64,000 nt of DNA from Batkoa obscura. Lineage: Eukaryota. Below are positions 24,873 to 37,832 of this stretch, one piece after another (position 1 is the first letter of the stretch; every line of letters starts with the position of its first letter). The notes beneath the pieces were generated by a model that worked only from the letters and a program-made list of their open reading frames with translations, made no database searches and was not told where the DNA came from. A program made the translations under genes and the position numbers. The stretch is from NCBI GenBank assembly GCA_030770535.1, contig JASVEC010000012.1, positions 806,001 through 870,000 of the forward strand. The letters are read 5' to 3'.

Positions 24873-25550
24873 TTAAAATTTTAACCTTAAAGGGGAAGGA
24901 TTAAAATAATTAATAATAGATGATCTTTGAGATATAATATGACCCAACATAAATACAATTAAACCTTCAGGTAAATCTAAAATAGTATTAATACTATCAA
25001 TTGTAACTTTAGCCACTTCTTTCAATTTCATAAAATCGAATTTAACTGTGCCTAAAATCTGTTTACTTTCCACTACAATTAGTTTCCAATCATTCATACT
25101 ATTAGTAGCATCTAACAACAGAAGTACAGTTTCATTATTCGATATAAATTCTATCATAAACCATTTACCATCTCCAGTTTCCATACAGATAGTATGATAA
25201 TCCAAATTATCAAAATACTTCCAATTACAAATAGAAATAGACCACATCAATTTTTGTCTTGTCGATATATTACTACGAAGAGTAGCCACAGTTCCAACGC
25301 CGCCTAATGATAGAGTAGAGTGTTTGTAAGTTTTACTAATACAATTTAATTCTTTAATCGAATTTTCAAAACTTTCTCGGATGATTATATGGTTTAAATT
25401 AAATATACTCTTTGAGGTGAAGTCATATTGACTTTCTTTAATTTCAATGGGGCGGTATAAATAAATCAAAGTACCAGTGGAAAATCTCTTTCTGTCCTGT
25501 CTATCCACTTTATTAATGTTACACTTTGGAAATAATATGCTTAAAAACAT
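24873..25550 (-). CDS. Orphan family member 4 (225 aa, divergent, intronless)
   Basis: GTLI, YDFTSK, LNHIII, HSTL, QKLMWSI, METGDGK and LPEGLIVFMLGHIISQ align with members 1-3. Confidence 0.8.
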   Translation of the reverse strand: MFLSILFPKCNINKVDRQDRKRFSTGTLIYLYRPIEIKESQYDFTSKSIFNLNHIIIRESFENSIKELNCISKTYKHSTLSLGGVGTVATLRSNISTRQKLMWSISICNWKYFDNLDYHTICMETGDGKWFMIEFISNNETVLLLLDATNSMNDWKLIVVESKQILGTVKFDFMKLKEVAKVTIDSINTILDLPEGLIVFMLGHIISQRSSIINYFNPSPLRLKF

Positions 25551-26520
25551 GGTTTATTCTTTTCTTTAAAATATTTATTCTTTTTTATACTTTATATACT
25601 TTAAATCACGCGAATAATTAATAATATAAAAGCCTTCTTAATTTATTAGGGGTATTTAATGTCCATATTAATACACTTTTGTACTTAGTTAGTAGTTAAT
25701 GTTCGGTGAGTTAACAATTAAGTCAACGTTTTAAAAGTCAACTTTAAATTAGTAAAAGTTTTAACAACTTTAAAACATATTCATTACTTCGATCGTACCT
25801 TTAAGCTTAAAACTAGTTAGAAATGTGGCAACAAAGGGTGTCATTTATAGCATTAAACTTATTCTATTTGTATACTATATTTTATTCTAGTCTTATGTAG
25901 AATAGGGTTGCTTTAATCACTTTTAATAAGTGATCTTCAATTCTGCTATTATTTCTTACACCTGTAAATTCAAATGTACACTAAAAACTGTTCATTTAAG
26001 ACTAAAATTTTGAGTTTCAGGTTTCAAATTAGTGAAATTATAAACTATTATTTATGAAAAATATCGCCAACCAACGCACATTCAAACTTAAACAAACTTT
26101 AATAGATGTTTTTGCTAATGCTATTTTTAAACTGTTTTGCATAGCTACGTTATTTTAGCTTTAAAACAGAAATTAATAAGTTAAAACAATTATCATTTAA
26201 TCTAATAATATCAGTATAGTGAAAATAAGCTAACATAAAAAGCTACAAGCTTTTAAAAATAAAATCTAAATAAAGAACTATTATGCTATAATTTTGAACT
26301 ACACACTAACTAGTTTACTATTATAAGAATATTCTATTGATATTATCAAAAGTAAAAGCCTGCTATTACTTTTTGTAGGATGACGTTGTCAGCTTACAAT
26401 GAAATATAATCACGGGTCTTTTAAAAATAAAGCTATTTGAGTACACATATCTTATATTATAACTTAGAAAATCTAGCCCATAAACAGAAATATATAAAAT
26501 AACTTATGCTTTATTATTTC

Positions 26521-27192
26521 TTATAACAACATTGGAAGCGACAAATGCATATAATATAAAAATAAAATGATAACAATTAACCCTACGCCACCAAATAAAC
26601 ACCTATGGATGAGCACAGCATTTTCTTTTAATATACTTGTATCAACGTTCTTATATTGCAACAATGGAATGTCTCCAATATAATGCGAGTTGCCAAACCC
26701 ACCAACCCAATAAATAGACTGAACTTTAATACGATAAAACTGAAAGTCTTTCCAGCCCAACCAAAACTTAGTATCGCTATGTTTTTTCAAAAACCCTTGT
26801 TTTGCTAATTCAATTAACTCTCCTTCCAATGGTGCTATTTCTCCCATTAAGCAAAACCTACTGTTTCCCATAATTTTAGTACCCCCAGGTTCACGGACTG
26901 TAAAAGCTACTTTGGGATTAGAACTGAAGTTATGATAGCTTTTTTGCATGGTCGATACCAACAATACAGGATCTCCATAAGTTTCATTGAGATCAATATA
27001 GTAGTCGAAGATGCAAAATGGGTAACCGGATAAATTATTGCCTGCTTCTAGTTTCTCAGGATTGTGATGACCGCCCTGTTGTGGTGATGGATTATAAATA
27101 GTGGATAATGTCCCGATCCCTTCTTGTCGTAATAGTTTTCTTGCTGCTATTCCTGCTTCGCTGGAGTTGCTTTCAAGTGTGTTGAAGGTCAT
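26521..27192 (-). CDS. CREG/pyridoxamine-phosphate-oxidase-like split-barrel protein with a C-terminal transmembrane segment
   Basis: ARKLL..GTLST, GYPF, R..LMG, FLKKH.D..W, IYWVGGFG..HYIG motifs and a hydrophobic tail. Confidence 0.8.
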   Translation of the reverse strand: MTFNTLESNSSEAGIAARKLLRQEGIGTLSTIYNPSPQQGGHHNPEKLEAGNNLSGYPFCIFDYYIDLNETYGDPVLLVSTMQKSYHNFSSNPKVAFTVREPGGTKIMGNSRFCLMGEIAPLEGELIELAKQGFLKKHSDTKFWLGWKDFQFYRIKVQSIYWVGGFGNSHYIGDIPLLQYKNVDTSILKENAVLIHRCLFGGVGLIVIILFLYYMHLSLPMLL

Positions 27193-29522
27193 TTTGAAAA
27201 TAAAGTTAAATTAAAAAGTACAATCTGATTTTTGTGGCCTTAATCTGATCTAGTTTTTGGATTTTAGGTCACTTTTTGCAGTTTAAGTGACTGCAATTTG
27301 ATTCCTGTTTTTATCATGGGCTAAAATGTTGGATATTAAAAATTAAGTGGATTTCTAGGATTTTGGAATGGGCAATTTGTTGGAGTTGAACTTGGAACTT
27401 TAGAATTTTAAAGTCTTATTTAATGGACAAGTCAAACTCTATCAAAAAATTTGGTAGAAGTTAAAGTTGTCCAATTAAAATTCATTTGATGCCAAATAAA
27501 CTTTTATGCTATAAAAGTGCAAATAAATTTTCATTACATAAAATACATAGCACTAGCTTTAACCTAGCCTTAAGGTTAGCTCTAATACTAAAATAATATC
27601 ATTTTTAAGATTCACTAGTAAATACTTTGTTAATGACTTTAATGTTTCCTTACCAGAATTATATTGATCCCACCATTTTTAAAAAACATTGAACCTGAAG
27701 GCAAATATTTGTTATAAAAACTAAAATGAAATATAAGGTAATCTTTAAAGCAACTTAAGCTTTTTTGATGAAAAATCCAGTAATGGTAGTAAATTGTAAC
27801 TAGAAAAATTGCTAGTTTTAAAATAATGCTTTACAGTGTTTAAAGATGCTGATGGTGAAGCTTACAATTCATTAAAAAAAATTAGACTAAAATTTAATTT
27901 GAAAATCAATCAAAGTTCAAGCTAAATATTGCACCATATTTTATAATATAGCTAGCAGCAGATTTAAATAAACATACTTAATACGAATAGACAAATCTTA
28001 TTTTAGTTTATTATGTAAGAAATTTAATTTTTAAGCATTATAAATATCAATGCAAATTAAGTTATTTTTTTAATTATTAGGTTAAAAAATTTATTGAAAA
28101 AATTGTTACTAAAATTCCACTTATTTTCATCAGCAGCATATCTAAACACTATACAATATGAATACCTCTAGTTTTTATTAATGCAATCATTCCTAACTAA
28201 AATATTATAATAACTAAAGGATTTTTTATGGCGGATAATTGCCACTAAAATAAGAGTGAAAATCCTAAACATATTTTTAGCTTTAGAGTTATTTGTATAG
28301 CTGATGTCTTATCTTTTATTTAAAACAATGCAACACTTTTAGCTGATATCATTTTACAGCACTTTCTTCAAGAATCTTGAATGAACTTGAAAAATTTACA
28401 AGTATATATTGTTAGTGGAAAATTATCTCAACGTTAATTTGAATGAAAAGAGATTTTATGGCATCTTGGTTTGTTTTCTTTTGGTGTCCAGTATTAGGTT
28501 ATTTAAATAAACTACATTGTTTTGTATGGTAACAAATTAAATACAAATCACTGATACCAAAAGATAATTAAAGGTTCATGATTATGCATAATATCAGTAT
28601 TTTTAGACAAAAATATTATTGAAATAAACGTTATAAAAAAGCTATATGACAATGAAGCCAAGGTTAGTTTATTTCAACAACATTTACTGATATAAGCATT
28701 TATTAACACTTTAAAATTCATTTAAGTATATTTAATTTTTATAGGATACATACAAACTTCAATTACTCATATACAATAGACATTTGAAATTTATGATAAT
28801 CTGTTAATAATTTCAAATAATCAGCATAAATTTAATTGTCAAACTTTATTGAACTTATTATTTGAATTGTTAATAGCGTTTTTCTATTCCGTATAATTTT
28901 TCCACTACTTTTCTTCACTAAGTCGGACTAAATTTTGTTCCTGTTAGAGCGCCACCAGTTAATTAATCTGACTTGATTCTGTATAAAACGTCCACTGTTT
29001 TTATTTCAACAATTAACAATATAATATTAACTCCTTGTTAATATTGTGTTTAAAATTTAATTTATTTCCTTTGTTTAATAATATGTAAGTTTAGATGCTA
29101 ATTTTTAATGTTGTAAACCTGCTTAAAAAAATAATTAATTAGTAAAAACCCAAAGATAAAATAATGTATTAGGTAGATTCGCCAAGTAAAGAATTTTTTT
29201 TGATTTTGTGGTTAATATGATCGAATGCTTGCTCATTTTAATTATCATTAGATAAAAGTTTGTCTACAATTAGATCCAACCATAAATTAAGTTAATGAAA
29301 TATTATTGGAAGGCCCCTGGTTAGCCGAAAAAAAACAATCTATTTATATTCTGATATTAATTAAGCAAGAACATCTATCATAATTGGCTATATATTTGCA
29401 TCTCCTATTATTATTATTAAAAAGATTAATAAATTAAAAATAATTTCTATGGAGAACATTCTTATTCAAAAAGGGATATAACCACAAATTGAACGAAAGC
29501 TTTTTTAGTTATCTATTTCAAA

Positions 29523-30739
29523 ATGAAAAGTACTTTAGTTAATTTGTTAATCGGTGTCCTTGCTATAGGATATGTTCAATGTAATTTTTTACATCATGTT
29601 ATCATTACTTTTATTAATTATATTTAGCTGATTGTAGCGACGATGTGAACATTGAAAAACAAGGCGACTTGAAATCATTATCTGGCTGTTCCACTTATAG
29701 TGGTAAAATTACTTTTAAAAATGCCGGTATTTCGGAAGTTAGCTTCTCTGACCTTGAAAAGTTAGAAGGTGAGCTTAATATCTCTGGAGACAAAGCCATT
29801 TCTGGTATTAGCTTCCCAAAGCTTAAAACTGCCAATAAAATTACCATTGCTAATTTAACTGGACTTGGAAAACTCGACTTCCCTAAACTTAATGAGGTAA
29901 CAGAGTTAATTTTGCAAGATTTGACTCCACTCCAACAATTAACTTTTAACGGTGGCTTAAGTAAAGTTGGAAAGTTTGAAATTTCCAGAACTCAATTAAC
30001 CAAGGTCGATGGTTTATCTTTTGAATCTGTTGACTCAGTTAAAGTATTTTCAAACGTTAATCTTCAAGAGATCAACTTTCCTAAATTAAAGCAAACTAAA
30101 GGTGAAGTTCGATTTGAAGCCAACAATGTTGCAGCCAAAATTCAAGCTCTTAAACTTGAAACTGTTGGCGGTGATGTTTATTACACTAATTCAAGTGTAT
30201 TCTCTGCTCCAGAAATCAAAGAAGTTAAAGGCCTTGTACACATTGCAGGTTGCTCCGATACTAAATTTGAGTTCAAAAAGCTTGAAAAAATTGGGAAAGG
30301 TTTAACTCTTACTACTAATCTTAAACTTAAGGAGGCTTTATTCCCTGTCCTCGCAGAACTTGCTCATGATGGTATATTGGTTGTCAACAATACTAATTTA
30401 AAGGCATTGAACATCAAGAGTCTTGAAAAAGTAGCTGGAGGTTTTGAAATTAAAAACCCAAGTATTGCTAAGTTAGACTTAAGTAGCCAAATCTCTATTG
30501 ATGGTGCCATTTATGTCTTTGCAAACTTGACTTGTGAAGGAGATTTTTATGAGAGAATTAGTGGCCATGCATCTGGTTCAATTAACTGTACAAACTCTAA
30601 CGGAAATGGTGATCTCAAATTAAACGATACCGACTCAAGCAGCAAAGATTCCAAAGATAGTGCTTCATCTTTAACTTTGATTGAATTCTCATCATTTGTC
30701 CCTTTATTAGCTTTGTTTGCTGGATTTTATTTACTCTAA
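29523..30739 (+). CDS. Ecm33/Sps2/Meu10-like GPI-anchored cell-wall protein (receptor-L-type repeats)
   Basis: Signal-peptide exon MKSTLVNLLIGVLAIGYVQ from 29523, intron 29581..29627, repeated FPKLxxVGG-type units, Ser-rich omega region and hydrophobic C-terminus. Confidence 0.85.
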
Positions 30740-31002
30740 TTATTACCTAATAAAATTGCATTTTCTACTATATACCAGGTTTATAAACATGTCCATAAAT
30801 AGATTAAAGTGTCATTACTAATATTCTGATTATTTTAGATAGGATATTAAATATAATTGTTTCAAAAATAAAATATTTATTGGGTTTTAACATAAGTTAA
30901 CGATATTAAAGTTTGATTATTAATGTTTTATTAAAATTAATTATATTACTATTTACCCAAGCGAAAAAAGATATAGCTTTTAGAAGGAGAGGCCAAATAG
31001 AA

Positions 31003-31600
31003 TTATAAACTAAAGTATGTAGCCATAAAAGAGATGGTAGCGAAGGAAGCTAATGAATATGAAACGAAAATTGGGGAAGAATCAGATCCTGCAAGTTCTC
31101 TTCTTTGTTCATCTCTGTCCTTAGTTTTATTTGTATTCTCTTTCTCTTTCTTTTCATTATCTTTTTCGGTAGTTTTACATTTATTATTTTTATTTGCATT
31201 AGGTTCACATACATAGAGATCAGTCTCACATTTTTCAGCACAAGTTGGGTTGGACTCTCCACATTTATCTTTACATTCATAATGCTTAATATTACAAGTT
31301 GCAAAATGAGCACTAAAGGTAGTATCTAATAAAGTTTAATGGCTTAAAGCTAAAATTAAAAAAATAATTACTTGCTACTGGTGGAACATATCCGGATTCA
31401 CAAAGACATGTATATGCAAGAGTATTTGACTCACATTCATTCTTTTTAGGGTCTGACTTATCTTGGCAGTAACACGCAGTTACACAATCTTGCTGAGTTT
31501 CTACACAAATCTGTTCACGTTGTGACTCATCATAAACAATAGCATTAGTAAATGAAGCAACAGCTAAAGCAGTGGCAAGGAGAGTAGAAGAGAATTTCAT
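31003..31600 (-). CDS. Small secreted Cys-rich, probably GPI-anchored protein (2 exons)
   Basis: Signal peptide MKFSSTLLATALAVAS; Cys-rich domain continues across intron 31326..31371; charged linker; ends SDSSPIFVSYSLASFATISFMATYFSL*. Confidence 0.8.
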
Positions 31601-32238
31601 TAAAAATTATTGTGATAAAAAGTGAAAAGTGAAAAGTGAAAAGATTAATTATAGTTTATAAGAGTTGCAGTAGTAGGAATAGCTTTACCACTTTAGGTGA
31701 ATTCTTAGTCTCTTCAACTTTAATTATTCCGTAAACCTGGTAACTTTATTTTCATTCAAGAACTTTAGGTGTTTATAGCCAATAATAGCCTGATTTTAAA
31801 AGTGGCATCAACCAATGAATAGCCGAAAAAGATTACCACAACTAAATTTGAGCTCTGCTATTTTTAGACCTATGATTGTATTTACCACTTAATTTCATGT
31901 GTAATTAAATTTCTCACTTTTAAATTGCTATTAATTATATTAAAACTATAATTTTATGGTTTGTAAATAAATAAACATATCATGTACGATGCTGTCGTTA
32001 ATAAAATAATATTATTACAAGTATGTTTTGTAAACTTTATCCCATTATATAACTCTTTTAGTTTTTTTAAATCAAAAATCTATTAGAATAAGCGTAAGCC
32101 TTATTTTTACCTTTTTTATCTTTTTTTATTTTTTATCAAAATCCAAAACAATTCATAATTAAGATACACCTTGATTTTAGATATAACTTTTATTGAAGCA
32201 AAACAGAATATATAAAAAATCGAGCTCAATCAATTTCA

Positions 32239-32610
32239 ATGATTAATACCCTCTTATTACTGCCCTATATAATACCAGTATTATTAGCGCCCTATGTCCT
32301 TTACCTTAAATTAAAAAAATATGTAAGAAAAGGTTTTATTGAAAATAGAAGAGTTATATTGCAAAATACAAAACCAAATATTGAACAGTTACCCCCTTTT
32401 ATTCTTGGTTACTTTCATCCTTTTTGGTAATTTATTTCTTTATTTCTTTAATTATTATTAATTATTAGTAATGATGGCGGTGGCGGTGAAAGAGTTCTTT
32501 GGGCTATAGTAGAAGCATTACAAAATAAATATCCAAATTTGGTACATGTGATTTATACTGGAGATGATATTGAAAGAGAAGAATTGGTTGAAAAAGTTAA
32601 GGTAAATAAC

Positions 32611-32641
<31 letters not shown>

Positions 32642-34181
32642 TATTGTGTCCTTATATTTTAATACTTAGACTAACTTTAATATAAAAATTAATGTTGATA
32701 CTCTATATTTAATTCATTTAACTAAAAGAAATTGGGTGGAGGCTAAAAAGTATTTATTTTAACAAACACAGCAATCATATATTTACTTCATTTTTAGCTA
32801 CCCAAGGTTCACAATGTTGCTCCAAAGTTTAGCAAGCACAGTGTTAGGATGGGAAGCTATGTCCAAGCTTATTCCGGACCTCTTTTTTGGTATTATTGAG
32901 TATGTTTTTGTATTTTTTGCTTACACTATTTTAATTAGATACTATGGGCTATGCCTTCACCTATCCGTTAGTTTCAAACTTAGTCGACTGTAAAATTGCA
33001 GCATATGTACATTACCCAACCATTAGGTATTTGTTAATATAAATATAAATATGAATACAAGTATAAATTATTTATTTAGTACGGATATGATAAGTTCAAT
33101 TCAACAAAGAGATGACGATGTGGTTAATAATTCTTCAACTATTTCAAATAGCAGCGTATTATCCAACTTAAAATTAATGTAAGTTTTTTAAATGTACTAT
33201 CACAAATATTAAATTTACTAGTTATTACAAATTTTTTGCATTTTTATACTCATGGTGCGGCTCTTTTTCTAACTTGACTATGGTATTTTTATTAGATGTA
33301 AGTAGATAAAATATAACATATTTAATAGGTAAATTCATCTTGGACTAAAGGTCATATTGATACTTTATGGGGAATTCAATCAAATATTTTGTATCCACCA
33401 TGCTCTACTATGGAATTTAATCAATTAGGTTTAAAAGATAGAAATCCAAATATTATATCTATCGCACAATTTAGGTAAAACATATATATCGTTAAATTGT
33501 AATTATTAACAGCTTCGATTACATTATAGGCCAGAAAAAAATCAAATATTACAAATATTGGCAATCAAAGATTTATATAATAAAAATAAAAAATATTTTG
33601 CTGATGGTTGGGGAAACAGAAAGAACAGGAAAGTTCAATTAAATATAATTGGAAGTGTAAGGAATGAAGAAGACTTAGAAAGATATCAACAACTTGAAGA
33701 TAAAATTGATGAATTCGGTTTATCACATATTATTCAATTAAGAAAGAACTTACAATTTAGTGAATTAAAATCTTTATTGAGTGATTCAGTCATTGGCTTA
33801 CACTCTATGAAAATGGAACATTTTGGTATCAACGTTGTAGAGCTATTAGCTGCCGGTACTATTCCTATTGCGCATAATTCTGGTGGTCCAAAGATGGATA
33901 TCATTAACAACCAAAATAAGGAGGATTATGGTATTTATTTTATTTCTTATATTGTTTATAAGTTTATAAGTTTATTTTTTTCAATAGATTATTGTGGATT
34001 TTTAGCTGATAGTGCTGAACAGTACTCAACTTATATTCAACAAGTATTAGAATTATATGATAGCGACTATGACCAGTTTTTGGAGAATCAAAAGCTAAAT
34101 CAAAAAGCATCAAACTATTTTTCAGCAGAAAAAATTAGTACTAGTTTATATAATTATATAGATCCTTTTTTAAGTCATTAA
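32239..34181 (+). CDS. ALG11: GDP-Man:Man3GlcNAc2-PP-Dol alpha-1,2-mannosyltransferase (multi-exon)
   Basis: GYFHPF(C)[79 protein letters not shown] motifs. Confidence 0.93.
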
Positions 34182-34229
34182 GAATTTAATAAATAAATTG
34201 GTTTTTATATCTGTCTTTATATTTTATTT

Positions 34230-35079
34230 TTAAGTATAAATATTTAATTTTCCATAATCTTTAAAAAAAGATTTTACTAAGAATAGTCCCAAGTTTGTAG
34301 GTTGGGAAAAAGCAATATAATTTAGTGGTAATTGAGAAATACCATAGTAAACATCGTTCCTTAAACAAGATAATAATGTTTTAGCAATTCCTAATTGACG
34401 GTAACTATCTAATGTCCAAATACGCTTAACTCCAATGATCATTTTTTCCTGTTTTTTAACATCACAAAGGAATTCAACATCAAAGTTTAATCTTTTATAA
34501 GCGCTAACATGTTCGCTTATTAATACTCCTATCACATCATCATATTCATTTAAATATATTAAATACTAAATCTTTTTTCAACTATTTCTATTTATTTTTA
34601 TATAAATTACCTTATAATTTTTTATTTCATCATTTTCTAACTTTATCCCATCTATCTTTCTATTTATAAACTCATTAATTTCTATCAACTATTATTGTGT
34701 TAGCTATTATAAATGGAATGAATTTAGACCTACTTTCTTTAATTCAAATCCTCGAGCCCTTGACCCATGAAACAATATAACTTTACCCAAAGTTTTACTT
34801 AAAGGTCGAATAATAACTCTTTTTAATAAACTGCTATTTTTGTATGTTTTCTACTTAAAGATTAAACTTAATCAACTAAATCTTCATTTCAAATACCTTA
34901 ATCTTTACACCCTCTTTTCTACTATTACAATATTTCTTGTGGAATACCAAATCCTTTTTTGTTTTATTATAGACCATTCCACATTCTTGACATTTTTCAA
35001 TACTTCCTTGTGTTCCTGGATGATAATATATTTCTTCTCTAAACTTTCTTATATTATCTTTCTCTGTAATTGCTTTCAT
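34230..35079 (-). CDS. ECO1: Cohesin acetyltransferase Eco1/ESCO-like (multi-exon)
   Basis: N-terminal zinc finger CQECGMVY..D..FHKKY and acetyltransferase motifs GVKRIWT..YRQLGIA..LL and IAFSQPT..G. Confidence 0.8.
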
Positions 35080-35888
35080 TTAGATAAAAGAATTGTAATT
35101 ATGATCATTTTAATCTAAAATATTTTCATAATCTCAGCAAATCATAATTAAATTGAGTTTATAAAAATAGTAAATCAAACAAATCACAAAATAATTGTTA
35201 ATAAAGTAATAATATAAATTTATAAATTTTATAGCTAAATTTAAATGATCATATATTAATTAATTTATAATGACCTATGATATAGTTTTGCATATTGTTA
35301 AGTATATTGCGCTATTTAAATATGATTATAAATTAAATATTTAATTAATTGTTATAAGGATATAAAATATAAAGTTATTTAAAAAAATGCACATTTATAA
35401 TGTTATAGCCTTTCCTTACTAATGACTTCATATTTATATTAAAATACTTTTTATTACTAACTTTAATTCAGTTCTTTTATAGATTATTCATCTTTTATAA
35501 TAATTTTAGGTATAATTATTATATAATAAATATTAACAATAGTTATTGTTTTTCACAAGTTTAAATATGTGAAAAGTTTAGTAAATCTAGATACAAAAGC
35601 CATTGAAAGAAGATTCTGTTAGTTTGCTATCAGGATACTTTGCGCTTGGTTGTTTTAATGAGACAATATTCTAAATTAAGGTTATATTGAAAATAAAAAA
35701 TGTTATTTCAAAGCTTCTACAGAATAATATCATATTAAAATTAATTTACTTTAATAACATTATCTAAAAATAACTTGGGACAATAAAAATAAAAAACTGA
35801 GTTAAATAGAAGTTTGATGTCATGAAATGTCACTTATTACAGAAATCGCTTTAAAGTTATACTTTAAAATTAATGGAGTTTAATTTTA

Positions 35889-35992
35889 TATAGGGATGTT
35901 TTTTTTGACTTCATCACTTTTCCATTTTTTAAGCGCTATTTGAGTGGAAAGATTGTTAGTAAAATTCTTAAACACAAAAATACATTCTCATA
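35889..35992 (+). mobile_element. ~104-bp MITE, copy 3
   Basis: Matches the family consensus, both termini present. Confidence 0.85.
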
Positions 35993-36233
35993 TCTTTTTA
36001 TTTTTATATTATTATCACTTTTGCCAATTGCTTATTTTAAAAGCCCCCTTGTTTTCATAATTCCATCCATATGATAGTTTGTAATCTGTTACATAATTTA
36101 GATTTACGGATAAAAATGATTTTGTTCTAAATAGTTACCCTAACTTTATTTAAAAAACCCATAAAGCTGACTTTTAATTTTTGATCAATAAAATTAATAT
36201 ACAAAATCGAAGCTCTGAAAATTAAATACATAA

Positions 36234-36338
36234 TATGGGGGTGTTTTTTTTAACTTCATCACTTTTTCTATCTTTTAAGCGCTATTTGAGCGGAAAGATT
36301 GTTACTGAAATTATTAAACAAAAAAATACATCTTCATA
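36234..36338 (+). mobile_element. ~104-bp MITE, copy 4
   Basis: TATGGGGGTGTTTTT...ATACATCTTCATA. Confidence 0.85.
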
Positions 36339-36971
36339 TGTTTATTAACGTACGAATATAAATATAAAGCTTTATTCAAAGTATTTTTCTGATTCAACTC
36401 ATTTTTCTGACTCTAAGATAAGGATATAATTTGATAATTTTTTCATTCTGATAAAAACAAGCTATAGTAAAAGGTGTAACAGGTTTTATTAAAATTATGC
36501 TATGCTAAATGGAACGTGGGTGTCTCTTATTAATACCATATTTGGAAACATGTCTACCTCATAAATGGCCATTAAAAATGACTAAAAAGGTGTACAATTA
36601 CAAAAAAAATTGCTAAGAATGTAAACTATTTCGTTATAGTATAATATAACCTTTAAATTATATATGTGATATGTTTTTATTTTTATAGTCAAAAAGATGT
36701 GTAAAGATAATTATATTTAAAAATGTATTTAAAATTTTAAAATCCAACTACTAATAAAGCATAGCCATAACGTGACGTTCAGTCTAGTTACTTTAACTTT
36801 TAAAGGTATCATATGCAATAAAACAGTTTAGATAAGTTATATAAGGGTTGGTTCTGTAGATACTGAGTTAGGAGTCAAAATGAGATAAAAGAGAATGAAA
36901 AAGGGAGGGATATAAGACGTTATAACTTTGTTACCCAATTCAAATAAATAAATAACCCGCGTTAGACTTTA

Positions 36972-37832
36972 TCACCATTCAAGATAATCTAGATATTCTG
37001 TCAGTCTTTGGATTAATATATCCATCTTGTCCAATAAGGGTGGAAGTACATCTGGAGTGAAATGAAAGAACCCATTATCTCCCTCTTGAGAAGAGGACGA
37101 GTCTGATGCTAAAGAGCACCCATCCGGAGTTACTGGACTTGGAGGTCTAGTCCTTGACAATAAAGTTTTAAAAACTTCATTTTGTTCAAGTATCTTATGT
37201 CTTTGCTTCTTTTTTAACTCCATTGCAGATGATGCGTCACCACTATCGGGAGCCAGTCCTTTTTCTTTTTCTTCATGTAGGTGTTGAACTAACGCATCTG
37301 CTTCTTGTAAATCTTGGGTATATGCTTGCCCTACTTCATCAAAAGCCTTATTAGGCTCAGACTTCATCTTGAGATGTACACGACGAAGTAAGTCTCGAAG
37401 CACTATATTTTTGATAAATAAATATTATTAGTAAAAAATGCGTTGAATTACCTATTTTCTTTTCGGAAAGATTTCTAAAATTACTAGAATCTTTATTGGC
37501 AAGGTCAGATGAGCTACGTACACTGGTTGGGATTTTTAAGCTAGCTCTTGGCTCAAGTTCGAAATCCCCGTCCCAATTTTCACTACATCTTCCTAAAAAT
37601 GGATTAGTTTAGAACAAGAAGCAATCATATTAAACTTACTGGATCTTGGTGTTAAAGAACTTGGGTAAGTATTAACTTTTCTAGTTCCTGTATTAAACTT
37701 CTTCATATCCCCGTATTTTGAATTATTAGCCGATGGTATATTACTGTTGTTGTTTTCTTGGGTATCCAGTTTAAGTAATCCTTCTTCAGGAATGGAGGAT
37801 ATGAAAGTAGGATTGCTCGATACTATACTCAT
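36972..37832 (-). CDS. Hypothetical protein (3 exons, ENWDGDF motif)
   Basis: The two ORF-track ORFs join in frame through two GT-AG introns and a middle exon RCSENWDGDFELEPRASLKIPTSV. Function not recognised. Confidence 0.7.

Noticed and set aside
27220..29360. ATCTGAT and CTGATA motifs as iron-responsive GATA sites near the split-barrel gene
   Set aside because: None matches the full ATCWGATAA consensus, and such short motifs are expected by chance in AT-rich DNA.
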